This document shows, in pieces, positions 46,289 through 57,699 of a stretch of DNA of 64,000 nucleotides. Below the pieces are notes generated by a model. The model worked only from the letters and a program-made list of their open reading frames with translations, had not been told where the DNA came from and did no database searches. Made by a program: the position numbers and the translations under genes. Each line of letters begins with the position of its first letter. The first letter of the stretch is position 1. Source of the DNA: Anthoceros angustus (taxonomy: Eukaryota; Plantae; Anthocerotophyta); contig MU008163.1 in the NCBI GenBank assembly GCA_010909165.1, forward strand, positions 1,674,001 through 1,738,000, read 5' to 3'.

Positions 46289-47526
46289 CCCTACAGGCCT
46301 GATAATTTCTTGACAAGAATGAGAAGCAACAGTCTTCTGCAGTGAGACCGCTCCTGGCCGATTTGTTTCTGGTGGAGGGATATTGATGTGAATAATGGAT
46401 GACGGCTGATATTGATTTGCAGCTGATGGAGTGCCGTTGGCGGCCGAATGCAGAGCTGGTGGCTGCCCCCCCGGTAGCCTTACACAGTATTGATTCCACG
46501 GGGAGATGGTGTCCTGCAACAGCTGCTTTGCCTCCGAGTATATCTCCTCGTTTTCACTACATAGCCGCTTCCGTTTCAGGCCCAGTGCTATGTGGTGACC
46601 ATAGTCAGACTGGTACAGCCGACACTTCTGGCTCCCCTCGTACGCAAGGCTGCTTGCTGGTATGTGATCAAGGTGCGGTTCTGGTGAGACAGCAAAACAA
46701 GAGGGATCGTATCAGAAACATGCAGACCCTGCCAAAACCTATATTGCCATACCCCCGAAGGCGGAAAACCGTACGAACAAACACAGAGCATCCGCACAGA
46801 CACAGCGGCTTCGAGCGAATGATACCTGAAGAAAGCAAGACAGACAGCTGTTGCGCTTGCCTGAATGCCATGGCAAACAAAAATCGGGTAGGTATTAGCC
46901 AACTCCAAGGCTCAGGGATGACGAATGATAAAGAAACCAGAGAAACAGTTCAGCCACATTCTGTAGGCGGGTACGCCACAAAAAGCAGCTGATGCACGGT
47001 TAGTACGAAAGAGAGGTGACCGCAGCAACGCGAGCACCCTACTTGGAGGAGAGGAGCTACGCTACCTTCCAGCCTGATCTGGACTCCGTCAGAAGCCTGA
47101 GCGTGATCCAGAACCAGCGAAAGGGGCTAAGAGGGAAAGGTGTTGCGACAGCAATGACAGCGATGCCAAAAACCAGTGCCAAAACGGAACTCAGCCTGAG
47201 GTTGTCAGCTGCAGAGCTTCTCGAAGCATGCACAGAACGGACCTCCAAACACCCGCCAGGAGGAACCACCATGTTCCAGAGCATTCTCGTCGGGACAGGA
47301 TCTTTCACGAGCGAGGCCCAACAACTAAAAATTAGTGCGTGTTATTTTCATCCCACAATTAAAGAAACCGCCGTCGCTATAGAATAGCGAAGTCGTCACG
47401 GGGCCCCACTGAGGGTTTTTATCGAGGGTGACCTAAGACGTTTTCCTATCCAACGGGAAAACTTATTAGGTCACACACTTTGACGACATCGACATCGGCC
47501 GGGGCTGTCCCTCGTTTGCCGATGTA

Positions 47527-48231
47527 CAGTCGGCCCCCCTAATTGGGAACTCTATAAATGGGATTCCTCTCTAAATGGACCTCCGATTCTATTTCCTTTA
47601 GTTTACAATACAAAAAATAGAACTTTTTCTTAAATGATAATTGAGATCTTTTGAAACATACATTCATGTTAGTTTTACTTCTCTAGATAGATTTCTAATT
47701 TTTAACTTAAAAAATAAAAAAAGGAAAAAATAGGTATGAAATAGGTATTGAGTAGACTTCGTATTCTATCAATATAATATAATCACATATGATCAAGAAT
47801 AAGTTATAGTGCTCGAGGTACTAACACCTGAACAACATTGCTTAATGTCTTTGAGAAACATGTGATTAGTCATCATCTCAAAGTATCCCAGGTGCAAAGG
47901 AGTATTGTCAATTGTTTCAAAGCACAATAGACTTTTAGGTGTGATTGAAGACTCCTAAGCTAAGCTTTTTCCTTCATGATAGGTAGAGGTTTTTTAATGC
48001 TGCTTAGAAAGAGTGCTAGCTTTCAAACAATTATATAAGCAGTGGTAAAATTTATTTTTAGTGAAACCTATCAATCAAAATTTGAATTTTTCTTTTTTTG
48101 GGTATTTTTAAAAAATTTAAATTTATAATATTTTTCTTTTTTTAAATAGGAAAAAAATCTAATCGGGATACCTCCCTAAATAGGACCTCTAAAGGCGCTC
48201 CGAACCAGTCCCAATTAGGGGGGATGGACTG
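47527..48231. mobile_element. Non-autonomous Tc1/mariner (pogo-like) element / MITE
   Basis: Imperfect TIRs CAGTCGGCCCCCCTAATTGGGA and (reverse complement) CAGTCCATCCCCCCTAATTGGGA; TA on both flanks; AT-rich non-coding interior. Confidence 0.8.
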
Positions 48232-49004
48232 TAGTTGGTGTGCGATACACATGCTTTTTTAGGGTTGTCGGAACATTGGCCCCTCATATACCCATCTAGC
48301 TAGCCCTCGCGAACCTCAACTTGAGCCACAAAGTATGGAATATCGGGGGAACGGCCTTGCGCAGGCCTTGAGTATGTCATCAACAAACTTTCACCATGCA
48401 TTTGTGGCAAATGGCTTGGAGGAGTCATCCGGCGCTCGCACGACTACAAAGCTTACATGCCCACTCCAAGCCATCTTCATGATGCTGAGATTGGGAGGAT
48501 TACTTCACGGAGGAAGATCACACATCCGACCAAAAACAAAGCCACCGTTGGGCTCATGCCTCAATTCGACACAAATGAAAATTCCACATGGTGCATGAGG
48601 TGGGAGCGCTCAAAAGACTTCTCTACATCCTACACCCCGCTCAATCTCGAAAGAGCCTCAAAGTTGGTCCGCAAGTTCCTCACGCCTGGTGCGCCACAGC
48701 CCGGAGCAGGGTGATCGCTATCCACACCCACGTTGTGGCTTCAGCCTCCGTCCACCGCTGGAGGTATTTGGGTAATGCCTCCCATCTACTCGTGCACTCC
48801 CTGCAAAGTATGGTCAGCGCCATGTGTAGCCGAAACAATGTTTGAGAGGAAGTCCATGTCCTCCAAGCCCTTTGCATACGCATTGTCCCATGCAATTCCT
48901 ACACAACCCATAGCAATACCCCATACGTTTCAGTTGCCCATGGCTGCAATGCTCGGAAGGATGCAACCCGAGTGCACTCAACAATGCTGAAACCCGAACG
49001 GGAG

Positions 49005-49245
49005 CAAACATCCAAGGCCTTCGCGCGGGGGTGAGACATGTCGAACAAACGTGTGCATGTGAGTTCCAGGGGAACATAAACATGTGTATGTGTGTGAGAA
49101 AAATCCTAAATGGCAGGAAAAAACCAAACATCCAAGGCCTTCGCGCGGGGGTGAGACATGTCGAACAAACGTGTGCATGTGTGTTCCAGGGGAACAGAAA
49201 CATGTGTATGTGTGTGAGAAAAATCCTAAACGGCAGGAAAAAACC
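49005..49245. repeat. 120-bp tandem duplication
   Basis: CAAACATCCAAGGCCTTCGCGCG... at 49005 and 49125 with few mismatches. Confidence 0.95.
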
Positions 49246-49397
49246 TAGATGACAATATCCAAACACCAAAGCCCAAGTTGCGAGACAGAAAGATTTCTGC
49301 CACAAACGGCCCGTTAGCGATGATGTGGGCCGTATAAGACGAAAGAATCTTGAAGATACCGAGGCATCTAAGTATAGAATACTGGCGAAAAAAAAGT

Positions 49398-50843
49398 TGT
49401 CACACACAACCCGCCCAGTGACGACTTCGGTATTCCATACGTCGCCTATCCATCACAAAGAAATAATGTCAAAGCGAGGGTCTGGTCTCGAGCTAAGTGC
49501 CATAGCCGTGTACCCTCTCTCTAACCAGCCTTCTCGCCTCCAGACACCTCTTGCCCGGGTAGGCTTAGCCCGGCTTCACCACTGGCGTGCTGGCTTCCGA
49601 CATCCCGTGCTTAAAGTGTTCCCTAGTTCCTAGAGTTCAAGGAGCTCGCAGAGCCTATAGGAACCCGCCCACCGTGAGACCCCCCACCATGAGACCGCCC
49701 ACCGTGAGAGTGCGCATCATGACACCGCCCATCGTGAGCCTACCCATCAAGAGCCAGTAGGAGATGAAGTGAGCTGGTGCTCAAAATATTACGTGTACAT
49801 TGTAAAACTACATATTTTAACCTCACAGTTCGTCGAACCTTGGGTTTTTCATCCCGGTTCAGTTCGAGAATAATCATAGAGAGATAGAGATAACTGAAAA
49901 GCCTTAAAACAGTAGACAGAGTAATCGTAGAGAGATAAGTGAAGGGCCTTAAAATAGTAGAGAGATTACTCTCTAATCGATGCAACAATAGAGAGATAAC
50001 CGAAGGGTCTTATAATAGTAGAGAGGTAACCGATAACACTAGAGAGATAATCAACTATGCGGTTTGGACAGGCTTCCTTATAATCTCACAGCAATAGAAA
50101 GATAACCGACACAACAATAGAGAGATAACCAAAGGGTCTTATAACAGTAGAGAGATAACGGACAACACTAGAGAGATAATCAATTATGAGGCTCGGACAG
50201 GCTTCCTTATAACCTCACAGCAATAGAAAGATAACCGACACAATAGTAGAGAGATAACCGAAGGGCCTCATAATGAGATAACCGACTAGGAGGCTCATTA
50301 GGCCCTCCTTATAACGGAAGTTGTGGTAGGTTCACCCCAGTCACCCAGAGCTAGCTTCGGTGGCCACACTTATCCCACGGTCGTCTAATACGTAGGTTCC
50401 ATCCCAAGGGATTCGCTCGAACAATTCGTCTAAGACGTACTCCTCAATTCTCCACATGGTTCCACTTCTCACCCTCTTACCACAGTCTGTCTCACAAACA
50501 TGGGTTTTGGGTTGGCTGACCCACGTCCCCACTTCAAGCCTCCCAGGATCTTCTAACTCCTATAACCAGAAACACTACAACGACAACATCATAACGACTC
50601 AATCTCATAATTTCTTTCTCAACAACCAACTACCTCTACCCCAATATACGCCAACTCGCGGGTCACTCTTATGGCACAATTGCATGGAGCAACCGTCCGT
50701 TGGGTGTTTCTCTTGGGCCAGTAGCCCCATGATTGCTCCCAGCACAAGTGCCCTCAGGTTCGTCGTTTCCTAAGGACCACCTTTTGGTGAACCTCAAGCG
50801 CTAGTGGGTCTTAGCACGGTTAGGTATACCACATTTTGTGACA
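49398..50843. mobile_element. Probable solo LTR
   Basis: Bounded by TGTCACA...TGTGACA; internal ACCGCCCACCGTGAG and AGAGAGATAACCG arrays. No matching TSD, so tentative. Confidence 0.4.
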
Positions 50844-51359
50844 TATACAAATAAGCACTATGTGCTGCATATACCCCAAGTTTCGATTATCCAATATTTA
50901 TACAGTTTGAAGTTAAGTCAAATTTGGAACGTGAACATGTCATGTATAGCTGAACTTGGGAACTGGAAGTACTGGCTCGGGCGTGAAGCTATGGCAGGCT
51001 TCATCTTCACGCGGGAGCTCTTGGAGACGTCGCCGCTGCTATCGACCATCGACATTTGGAGTGTTCATGAGGAAGGGGAGGAGGGTGCCCAGCTCAGCGC
51101 AACGAGTTCCCCACGCTTAGAGGCCAGGCAGGCACGGCGGAAGGGAGAACGGGCCAGCGGAGGAAGGGAGAACGCCGCCGGGGAGCACAGCCAAGTTCGG
51201 AGCCACCAATCTGCAAGGTGCGAGGTCGCCCGAGTTGCAATTGATTGGGTTTGGGTTTTGCGTTTGGTGCCATGGCCCTGCTCTGACAGCATCTGTGCCC
51301 ACTGTAGGAAACGCCCACCTAGGAGCTCGGAAGCTTGGATGCGGATGGCAACGGGCTTC

Positions 51360-51892
51360 GTTGTAAATGCCTAGGTACTTTTAAACGAATCATGTACACC
51401 AGGGTTCATTTACAACAAGGTCCGTTGTAAAAGTGCATACTTATTACAATAGGGCTCGTGCAAAAGTTACGCACGATTACAACGGCCATTCAGTTAGGTT
51501 AGTCATGGTTAAGTAACGCCAACTAGTTTGTGGTAATCGGAATCCAGTTACTTCACCCCAGTTAATAAACTATGGTCAATAGTACTTAACTCTAGTATAT
51601 TAACAATGGTTATTGAAGTTGTAAAATGCGTTGTAAGTGTATCGTAGTAATGTCCGATGTAAAGGGATTCCGTTGTAAAGTTTAACTAGTGTACGGACCA
51701 CCAGTCAAGCCATACACCGTATGGGTTGGACAATACCGTATTCAATACATGATATAGCCCTCGTATATGTGTATATACTTTTACTATGGATATTACTAAG
51801 GTGTGTTTACTACGGGGGTTTTTACTACAGACTTAGTAAAGGCATTGTAATGACCGTTGTAATTTCCGTTGTAAAAGGCCTGTTTAGTAGTG
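51360..51892. mobile_element. Second CACTA element end remnant
   Basis: Ends GTTGTAAAAGGCCTGTTTAGTAGTG (reverse complement CACTACTAAAC), with GTTGTAA/TTACAAC subterminal repeats. Confidence 0.7.
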
Positions 51893-52928
51893 GGAGAAGC
51901 TTTTTGGCCCCCTAGTTTTAACGAGGGGCATGGCTGGCGGGAACTGATGCCCTCAACGAAGAAGAATGGAGGAAAATTGATGTTCTTATTTATGGCATGT
52001 ACGAGTTGAGGCCTAGCCTGGATTTAGACTCTCTTAGAAAACTAGCTTAAAGAAAAAGAGCTTAAAAAGCTAACCTATTGTGATTAGAAACTTTAAGAGA
52101 GAAACGTCTAGAAACCAAAAAAATTAGCATTTTTAATATACTGGATATTTTAAAAAATAATACCATATAAAAATTACCAATAAAATAAAATTCCTAAAAA
52201 TAATTTAAAATATTATAAATTAAGAACTACCTTTAAAAGTGTCAATTCGAGCTCCCAATCCATTTCGGGGTTAAACCGCAAAAAGAAAAACCAAAGAGGA
52301 CTGGCAGCCTCCAGTCCAAATTCCGTCCAAGTAGACTAAAATATGTTCTTTTCTTCTTCAGTCCTGTCCAGAGCAGTATCGGATGTACAGGAGTGACTTG
52401 GTGTACCGACTGAGGTGTGTGTTGTAATTACGGGGAAAGACAATTACCAAGAGCTCCTATTGTCTCCTGCTGACCGTGGCCAGGGTGTGCTAAGGTCACC
52501 AATGAACCGACCAATGAACTGTTTGTATCTAAGGAGTCAATCAATTACCCTGGAAAGCTACCTCATGTCCTCAAGATGCGTGGGGCAAGAACCAGGATGT
52601 GGAAGGAGCTATGTTGCAAACATCTTTGCTGGTGCTGCATATCCACATATCTTCGCAAGCTGTTCTTGACCGAAGGCAGCAGCACAGTGGAGAGAACTTA
52701 ACACATAGGGCAGCTGGTATACATATGTAGAATGCTGCATCGCGGTGTAGATTTGTGTATGCTAACGGGTTGTGTAGTTGGAGGACATCAAGGAGTTCGA
52801 GCTAGAGGAACTAGAGTCAGGGATTTGAATTGTAGGTGGATTCAGTGAGAGATTCAAACTGTAGCTAGTCTTCTAGGGATTAGATACAACAGCCCCTGAT
52901 GGGCTGGCCTGATAGGATGGGACTATGA

Positions 52929-53076
52929 ATGGAAACCAACCCACGAAGGCATTCATCTCCAATACCCGGTGGAGGGGATCCACTTGGAAAAACTGTTGTG
53001 ATGCATTGATGGAGAAGCTGCGATTAGGGAAAGGGACACCAAACTTCCCTACAGGCCCGATAATTTCTTGACAAGA
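52929..53076 (-). pseudogene. Diverged duplicate of OPI10 exon 1 and flanks (about 46174-46318)
   Basis: KFGVPFPNRSFSINASQQFFQVDPLHRVLEMNAFVG; the start ATG has changed to AAG. Confidence 0.85.
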
Positions 53077-53221
53077 TCGGGTCACTCCCAAGAACCTACT
53101 GCATCTTGTGAAGGCTCCTCGCCACACAAGTAAGAAGAAATTACGAAAGGATTCGAGAACGCAGGTTCGACGGGACCAAAAGGTTTGTGTGGGAATATTC
53201 AGACAGTGTACCTGATCGGAA

Positions 53222-53342
53222 CTGATCTTAGTGGACTATAATAGACCTTTTTTTTCTTCAACTACCTTATCTAATACAAATCTGATCTTAGTGGACTATA
53301 ATAGACCTTTTTTTTCTTCAACTACCTTATCTAATACAAATC
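53222..53342. repeat. Perfect 60-bp tandem duplication upstream of the SPT16-like gene
   Basis: Sequence lines 53221 and 53281 are identical apart from the first base. Confidence 0.95.
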
Positions 53343-53568
53343 CAAATAGACACTACTATACAGGGTCCCTCTTCTGACCGAGATCAGGTTTAGAGGTTTG
53401 CATATAAGGTCACGTAAAGGTTTCCTCATTAGGTCATGTGTTTTAGTATAAAATGGCCTGCCTGTTGCCTCCTACTCTCAAAGCTCGTCATAGTCCTGGT
53501 TTGTGTAAAGATTAGCGTCCTGGTTTGGGTAAAGATTAACGACAAGTCTGAGAGCGTTCCGATCCCTC

Positions 53569-55203
53569 GTGAAGGCGATGGCGGAGGCCAGGGAAGTGAA
53601 CATCGACCAGGAGCTGGTGGCCACGCGGCTCAAGGCCTTGTTCGATGCATGGAGTGAAGGAAAGGAGAATTTGTGGAACGGGGCCGATGCTGTGGCTGTG
53701 GTCACCCCCAGAGTCTCCGAGGAGATGTTGTGCTACAAGTCCTTCACATTGCATATGTGGCTGCTAGGGTATGAGTTTCCGGAGACTGTCATGGGGTTCA
53801 TTTTGCAGAGTCGCAGACTGCACATCTTGTGCCCGCAGAAGACAGCTTATGTTCTGGAAGCGCTGCGCGACCCCGTGCGGGAGCAGGCGGAGGTGGAGCT
53901 GGTGATCCACGTTAGGGCAAGGAACGATGCAGGGGGCGCGGAGATGGAGGCCATATTGGAGGCCGTGATGCAGGACTCCGAGAAGGACAGCCCTGTGGTC
54001 GGGGTGCTGGTCTGGGATGAGCCGGAGGGAACCCTGATGGAGAAGTGGGAGGACGTTTTGTGGGACTCGGGGCTGGACACGGTGGACGTGTTACCTGCCA
54101 TCGGCGAGCTCTATCTGGTCAAGGATGAGGTGGAGATTTCGGCCATCAGAAGGGCTGCTTTCTTGAGCGCTGCTGTGATGGAGCGATTCGTGGTGCCCCA
54201 GCTAGAGGTGGCTATCTACAAGGAGGAGCAGACGCATGCTGAGCTGAGTCTTAAAACGGAGGGGGCTATTTACGAGCCCTCCACGGTTGACGTGGATTAC
54301 AGGCCCGAGGAAGTGCATATTTCCTTCCCGCCGGTGTTTCAATCGTCGGGCCAGTTCGATCTCAGGCCGACTGCAGTCAGCAATGATGACCCGCTCTATT
54401 ACGGTATCGAGGGCGTGGTCATCTGCGCGCTGGGTGCAAGGTATTGGGGTTATTGCTCCAGTGTGGCCAGGACTTTCCTGATCGAGCCCGATCAAGCGCA
54501 GGAGCAGGCTTACGAGGTTCTCGTGAAGGCGCACGAGGCTGCCGTGAATGCCCTCGTACCGGGCAATCGGATGTCCGCTCCCTATCTAGCCGCCCGCAGC
54601 GTGGTGGAGAGGGATGCACCAGAACTGTTGCGTAGTTTGACCAAGACTGCAGGAAGCTCTATAGGGATACAGCTTCGGGAGTGGGGTGCCACGCTCAATG
54701 CGAGGAATAAGCGTGTCATCCAGCCAGGCATGGCCTTCAATGTAAGGCTCGGGTTTTGGAACGTGTATTTTGAGCAGGACCTAGAGGATCCAGCGACGTC
54801 CCGGTTTTCTTTCTTGCTCGCAGACACCGTTGCGGTGACTGCATCACCCTCGGGGCCTGAGGTGCTCACCGGTGCCTGCTCCAAAGAGTTAGGGGATGTT
54901 GTTTTTCTCTTCACAGATTTCCAAGAGGAAGCCCTTGAGGAAGGGCAAGAGATTGAGGCGGCAGCAGCAGCAACGATTTCGGAGGAGGCAGCAGCAGCAA
55001 CGATTTCGGAGGAGGCAGCAGCAGCAACGATTTCGGAGGAGGCAGCAGCAGCAACGATTTCGGAGGAGGCAGCAGCAGCAACGATTTCGGAGGAGGCAGC
55101 AGCAGCAACAATTTCGGAGGCAGCAACAACGTGGGAAGCAGAAGCTGGCTGGTTTGATACTGATGCTGTGTTTGTTGATCCGATTAGTGCTCTAGTGCTG
55201 TAG
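53569..55203 (+). CDS. SPT16 N-terminal (peptidase M24-like) domain-only protein with an acidic repeat tail
   Basis: YKSFTLHMWLLGYEFPETVM, FPPVFQSSGQFDLRPTAVSNDDPL, ICALGARYWGYCSSVARTFLI, GMAFNVRLGF, FLLADTV. Homology stops at CSKELGDVVFLF, followed by AAAATISEE x6. Confidence 0.88.
   Translation: MKAMAEAREVNIDQELVATRLKALFDAWSEGKENLWNGADAVAVVTPRVSEEMLCYKSFTLHMWLLGYEFPETVMGFILQSRRLHILCPQKTAYVLEALRDPVREQAEVELVIHVRARNDAGGAEMEAILEAVMQDSEKDSPVVGVLVWDEPEGTLMEKWEDVLWDSGLDTVDVLPAIGELYLVKDEVEISAIRRAAFLSAAVMERFVVPQLEVAIYKEEQTHAELSLKTEGAIYEPSTVDVDYRPEEVHISFPPVFQSSGQFDLRPTAVSNDDPLYYGIEGVVICALGARYWGYCSSVARTFLIEPDQAQEQAYEVLVKAHEAAVNALVPGNRMSAPYLAARSVVERDAPELLRSLTKTAGSSIGIQLREWGATLNARNKRVIQPGMAFNVRLGFWNVYFEQDLEDPATSRFSFLLADTVAVTASPSGPEVLTGACSKELGDVVFLFTDFQEEALEEGQEIEAAAAATISEEAAAATISEEAAAATISEEAAAATISEEAAAATISEEAAAATISEAATTWEAEAGWFDTDAVFVDPISALVL
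54961..55125 (+). repeat. 27-bp coding tandem repeat (AAAATISEE) x6
   Basis: GCAGCAGCAGCAACGATTTCGGAGGAG units directly visible. Confidence 0.95.
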
Positions 55204-55227
55204 CTATTGATGATGTTATAGACCAGC

Positions 55228-55643
55228 TTAGATCCCGTGCCTAGCAGTTGGAGGTGGATGAGGTGTGTAAGATTTGTTGCTGTTCGTGCAAAAGGGTTCG
55301 GCAGCAGCCAACTTCAAGTTGGGACCATAGCTAAGCAAAACCATAGGGACGGCATCCTTTACAACACACTTCAGCTTAAAACCCCTCGCGTTGGTAACTG
55401 CACATGCACGGAAAACGGCAATCACCACACATGCATCATGATCATATCGAAATACGCTTATCACCCTGGAGCATAGAAGCGCCACCTGGTCCGGAGATAT
55501 TGATGTTCGCTAACACACCATCAGTTGCCATGGCCTGCTGCATGCGAGAAACAGGAAAGCAGCAGCACGGTCGCCAGGAGCACCACCACCAATTGCAAGC
55601 CGAACGAGGCCTTTGAACCAGCTCCTGGCCCCGATCCTGCCAT
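55228..55643 (-). pseudogene. Small signal-peptide gene, paralog B (frameshift near 55542)
   Basis: MAGSGPGAGSKASFGLQLVVVLLATVLLLSCFS aligns with paralog A. It continues in another frame as QQAMATDGVLANINIS, then a putative intron and second exon. Confidence 0.45.
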
Positions 55644-55775
55644 CTCCCAGGGCTGGAATCTTCTGCGACGGGGGGGCCGGGTTCGGGCAGCTGCGGCATA
55701 AGGCGCACAAACTCGAGAGCTATAATGAGAGGGAGGCAGGCATTGCTAACACTCGAGTCTCGAAACCTACGAAAT

Positions 55776-56187
55776 CTACGATATCTCGACGTCTACGAAA
55801 CACGTCGAGTCTTGAAATCTAGACTGCACCTGTAGCTGGGAATGCTGTGAGATTTCAGGCCTCGGCGCCTTGTTATATAGCTCATGCCCAGGTACGACGA
55901 TCTGATTGCCGAGGTCTACAAAGGTGTGCTTTGAACTTGTGGAGCCGGAGCCGGAGCCCGCGCTTGAGAGATGGCAGTAGTTACAGCACTAGACACAGGA
56001 GCTCACCGACATCTATTTGGGAAACAATACCAGCATCCAGTGCGGAGATGGTGAAGTCCGCTACGTATTCCACACTACTAGCTGCCATGGCCAGCTGCGC
56101 GAAGCAGGAAAGCAGCAGCAAGGCCGCCAGAGCCAGCACCACCAAGCGGGAGGCCTTTAGGCCAGCTGCTGACTCCGGTCCTGCCAT
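55776..56187 (-). CDS. Small putative secreted protein, paralog A (exons 56187-56007, 55915-55776)
   Basis: MAGPESAAGLKASRLVVLALAALLLLSCFAQLAMA signal-peptide-like start. A G|gtgagc...tttgtag intron joins in frame to DLGNQIVVPGHEL...DVEIS*. Confidence 0.5.
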
Positions 56188-56464
56188 ATCCAGCGCTGAA
56201 AGTCGCCTGCACTCGACTCGTCGCTCGAGCATCGAATGATGCACTTGTAGCTCAGGCCTGCGTCTCAATCTCCGAAGCAATCAATGCTTCGCGCGTGTAA
56301 AATCTGGCGTGGCATGCCTCGCCCATCCCGATCATGATATACATTAAACACAACATCATGTACAGGTCCTACAGGACGTCACTGCCGAGTACGACATAAC
56401 CCCAATATGCGCACCCACACCACAACGAGGTTGAGATGTAAACCAATCATGCTTAATTTTAGAA

Positions 56465-56945
56465 CCGTGCGCGACGGCGCGGGGGCGGGAGGATGGGGAG
56501 GGAGGGCGCGGTATGTCGAGAGGCCGCGGCCGGGCGGTGAGGCCGCGGTCTCGCGAGAGACCGCGGCCGGGCGGTGAGGCCGCGGTCTCGCGAGGAGACC
56601 GCGGCCGGGCGGGGAGGTCGCGCGGTATGTCGGGAGGCCGCGGCCGGGCGGTGAGGCCGCGGTCTCGCGAGAGACCGCGGCCGGGCGGGGAGGTCGCGGT
56701 CTCGCGGGAGGCTGCGGTCTCGCGAGGAGGCCGGCGGGAGGCCGCAGGCGGGCGGGCGGGCGGGCGGGCGGGCGAGCAGAGGCCGCGGTCTCGCGGGGAC
56801 AGGGGCGAGGCCGAGGAGGCGCGGGATGGGGGCGAGGCCTGGGAGGGCGCGGGGACGGGGGCGAGGTCGAGGAGGGCGCGGGGCAGCTTGTCGTGGTGGG
56901 GGCCGGGGCCGAGGTAGGGGATCGCTCTGGGCAGCTTGTCGCGGT
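56465..56945. repeat. Very GC-rich degenerate repeat (GAGGCCGCGGTCTCGCG / CCGCGGCCGGGCGG units)
   Basis: Multiple copies, internal palindromes and a (GGGC)n run. Confidence 0.85.
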
Positions 56946-57699
56946 TGGTGAAGGAAGCTGGGGAACGTAGACATTCTTCTTGGCGGAGAACTTCAAGCTC
57001 CACGGAGTGTCTGCACCAACCTTTTGAAATGCGCTGGTCTACAGCCCCTTCAGCTCCCCACGGATTTGCGGATTTGTCTGGGGTTCAACTTCGGCTCCAA
57101 GGAAGCCAAGATCGTGATTACCAAAATCCTGTAGAGATGCAGACTTGCCGTGTCTTCTTCTGAAGAGAAAGAGAAGCTATGTCCCATTCCTGATAATGTG
57201 GGCAGCAATGCTGAATAGGAAATTGCACCAATCGAATGGACTAACTAAACCTTGCCACTGCACAAAGGTTGGCATGTTTCATGCTTGTTATGCAGTTCGG
57301 ATTGCGTATCGTGCTAATTTGTGAAACAAGCTGGTGAAGGAGTCCAGACTACACAAGGCCAGAAACAGTCTAAACAAATTCCTCGACTCATTGAATTCCT
57401 CGGCTGAGCTCATTAATTCCTCATCTGGCTGCAAATGTATGAAAGGCTGCACTAATTACATACAAGCCTTCAGAGGCTTCACCAAACAAAAACAAGCCTT
57501 CAGCGATGACAAAACAAACGCATCACAAAGTAAACACTTTTTTCTTCTTCGGTCTTGAGCGTTCTTCAATGCCCTTGAAACGCACTAACAGTTAGTCTGT
57601 CATTTGGAACAAACTCCTCTATCTTAGTTTCTTGCTTGAGGCCTCGTCCACATTTTGCAACCTCCCTAATACGATCTTTGTGCTTGTTCCATTATTATG

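Noticed and set aside
48335-48990. Possible decayed coding fragment (RSHLMH, reminiscent of His-Cys nucleases)
   Set aside because: Multiple stops and too little motif to support a call.
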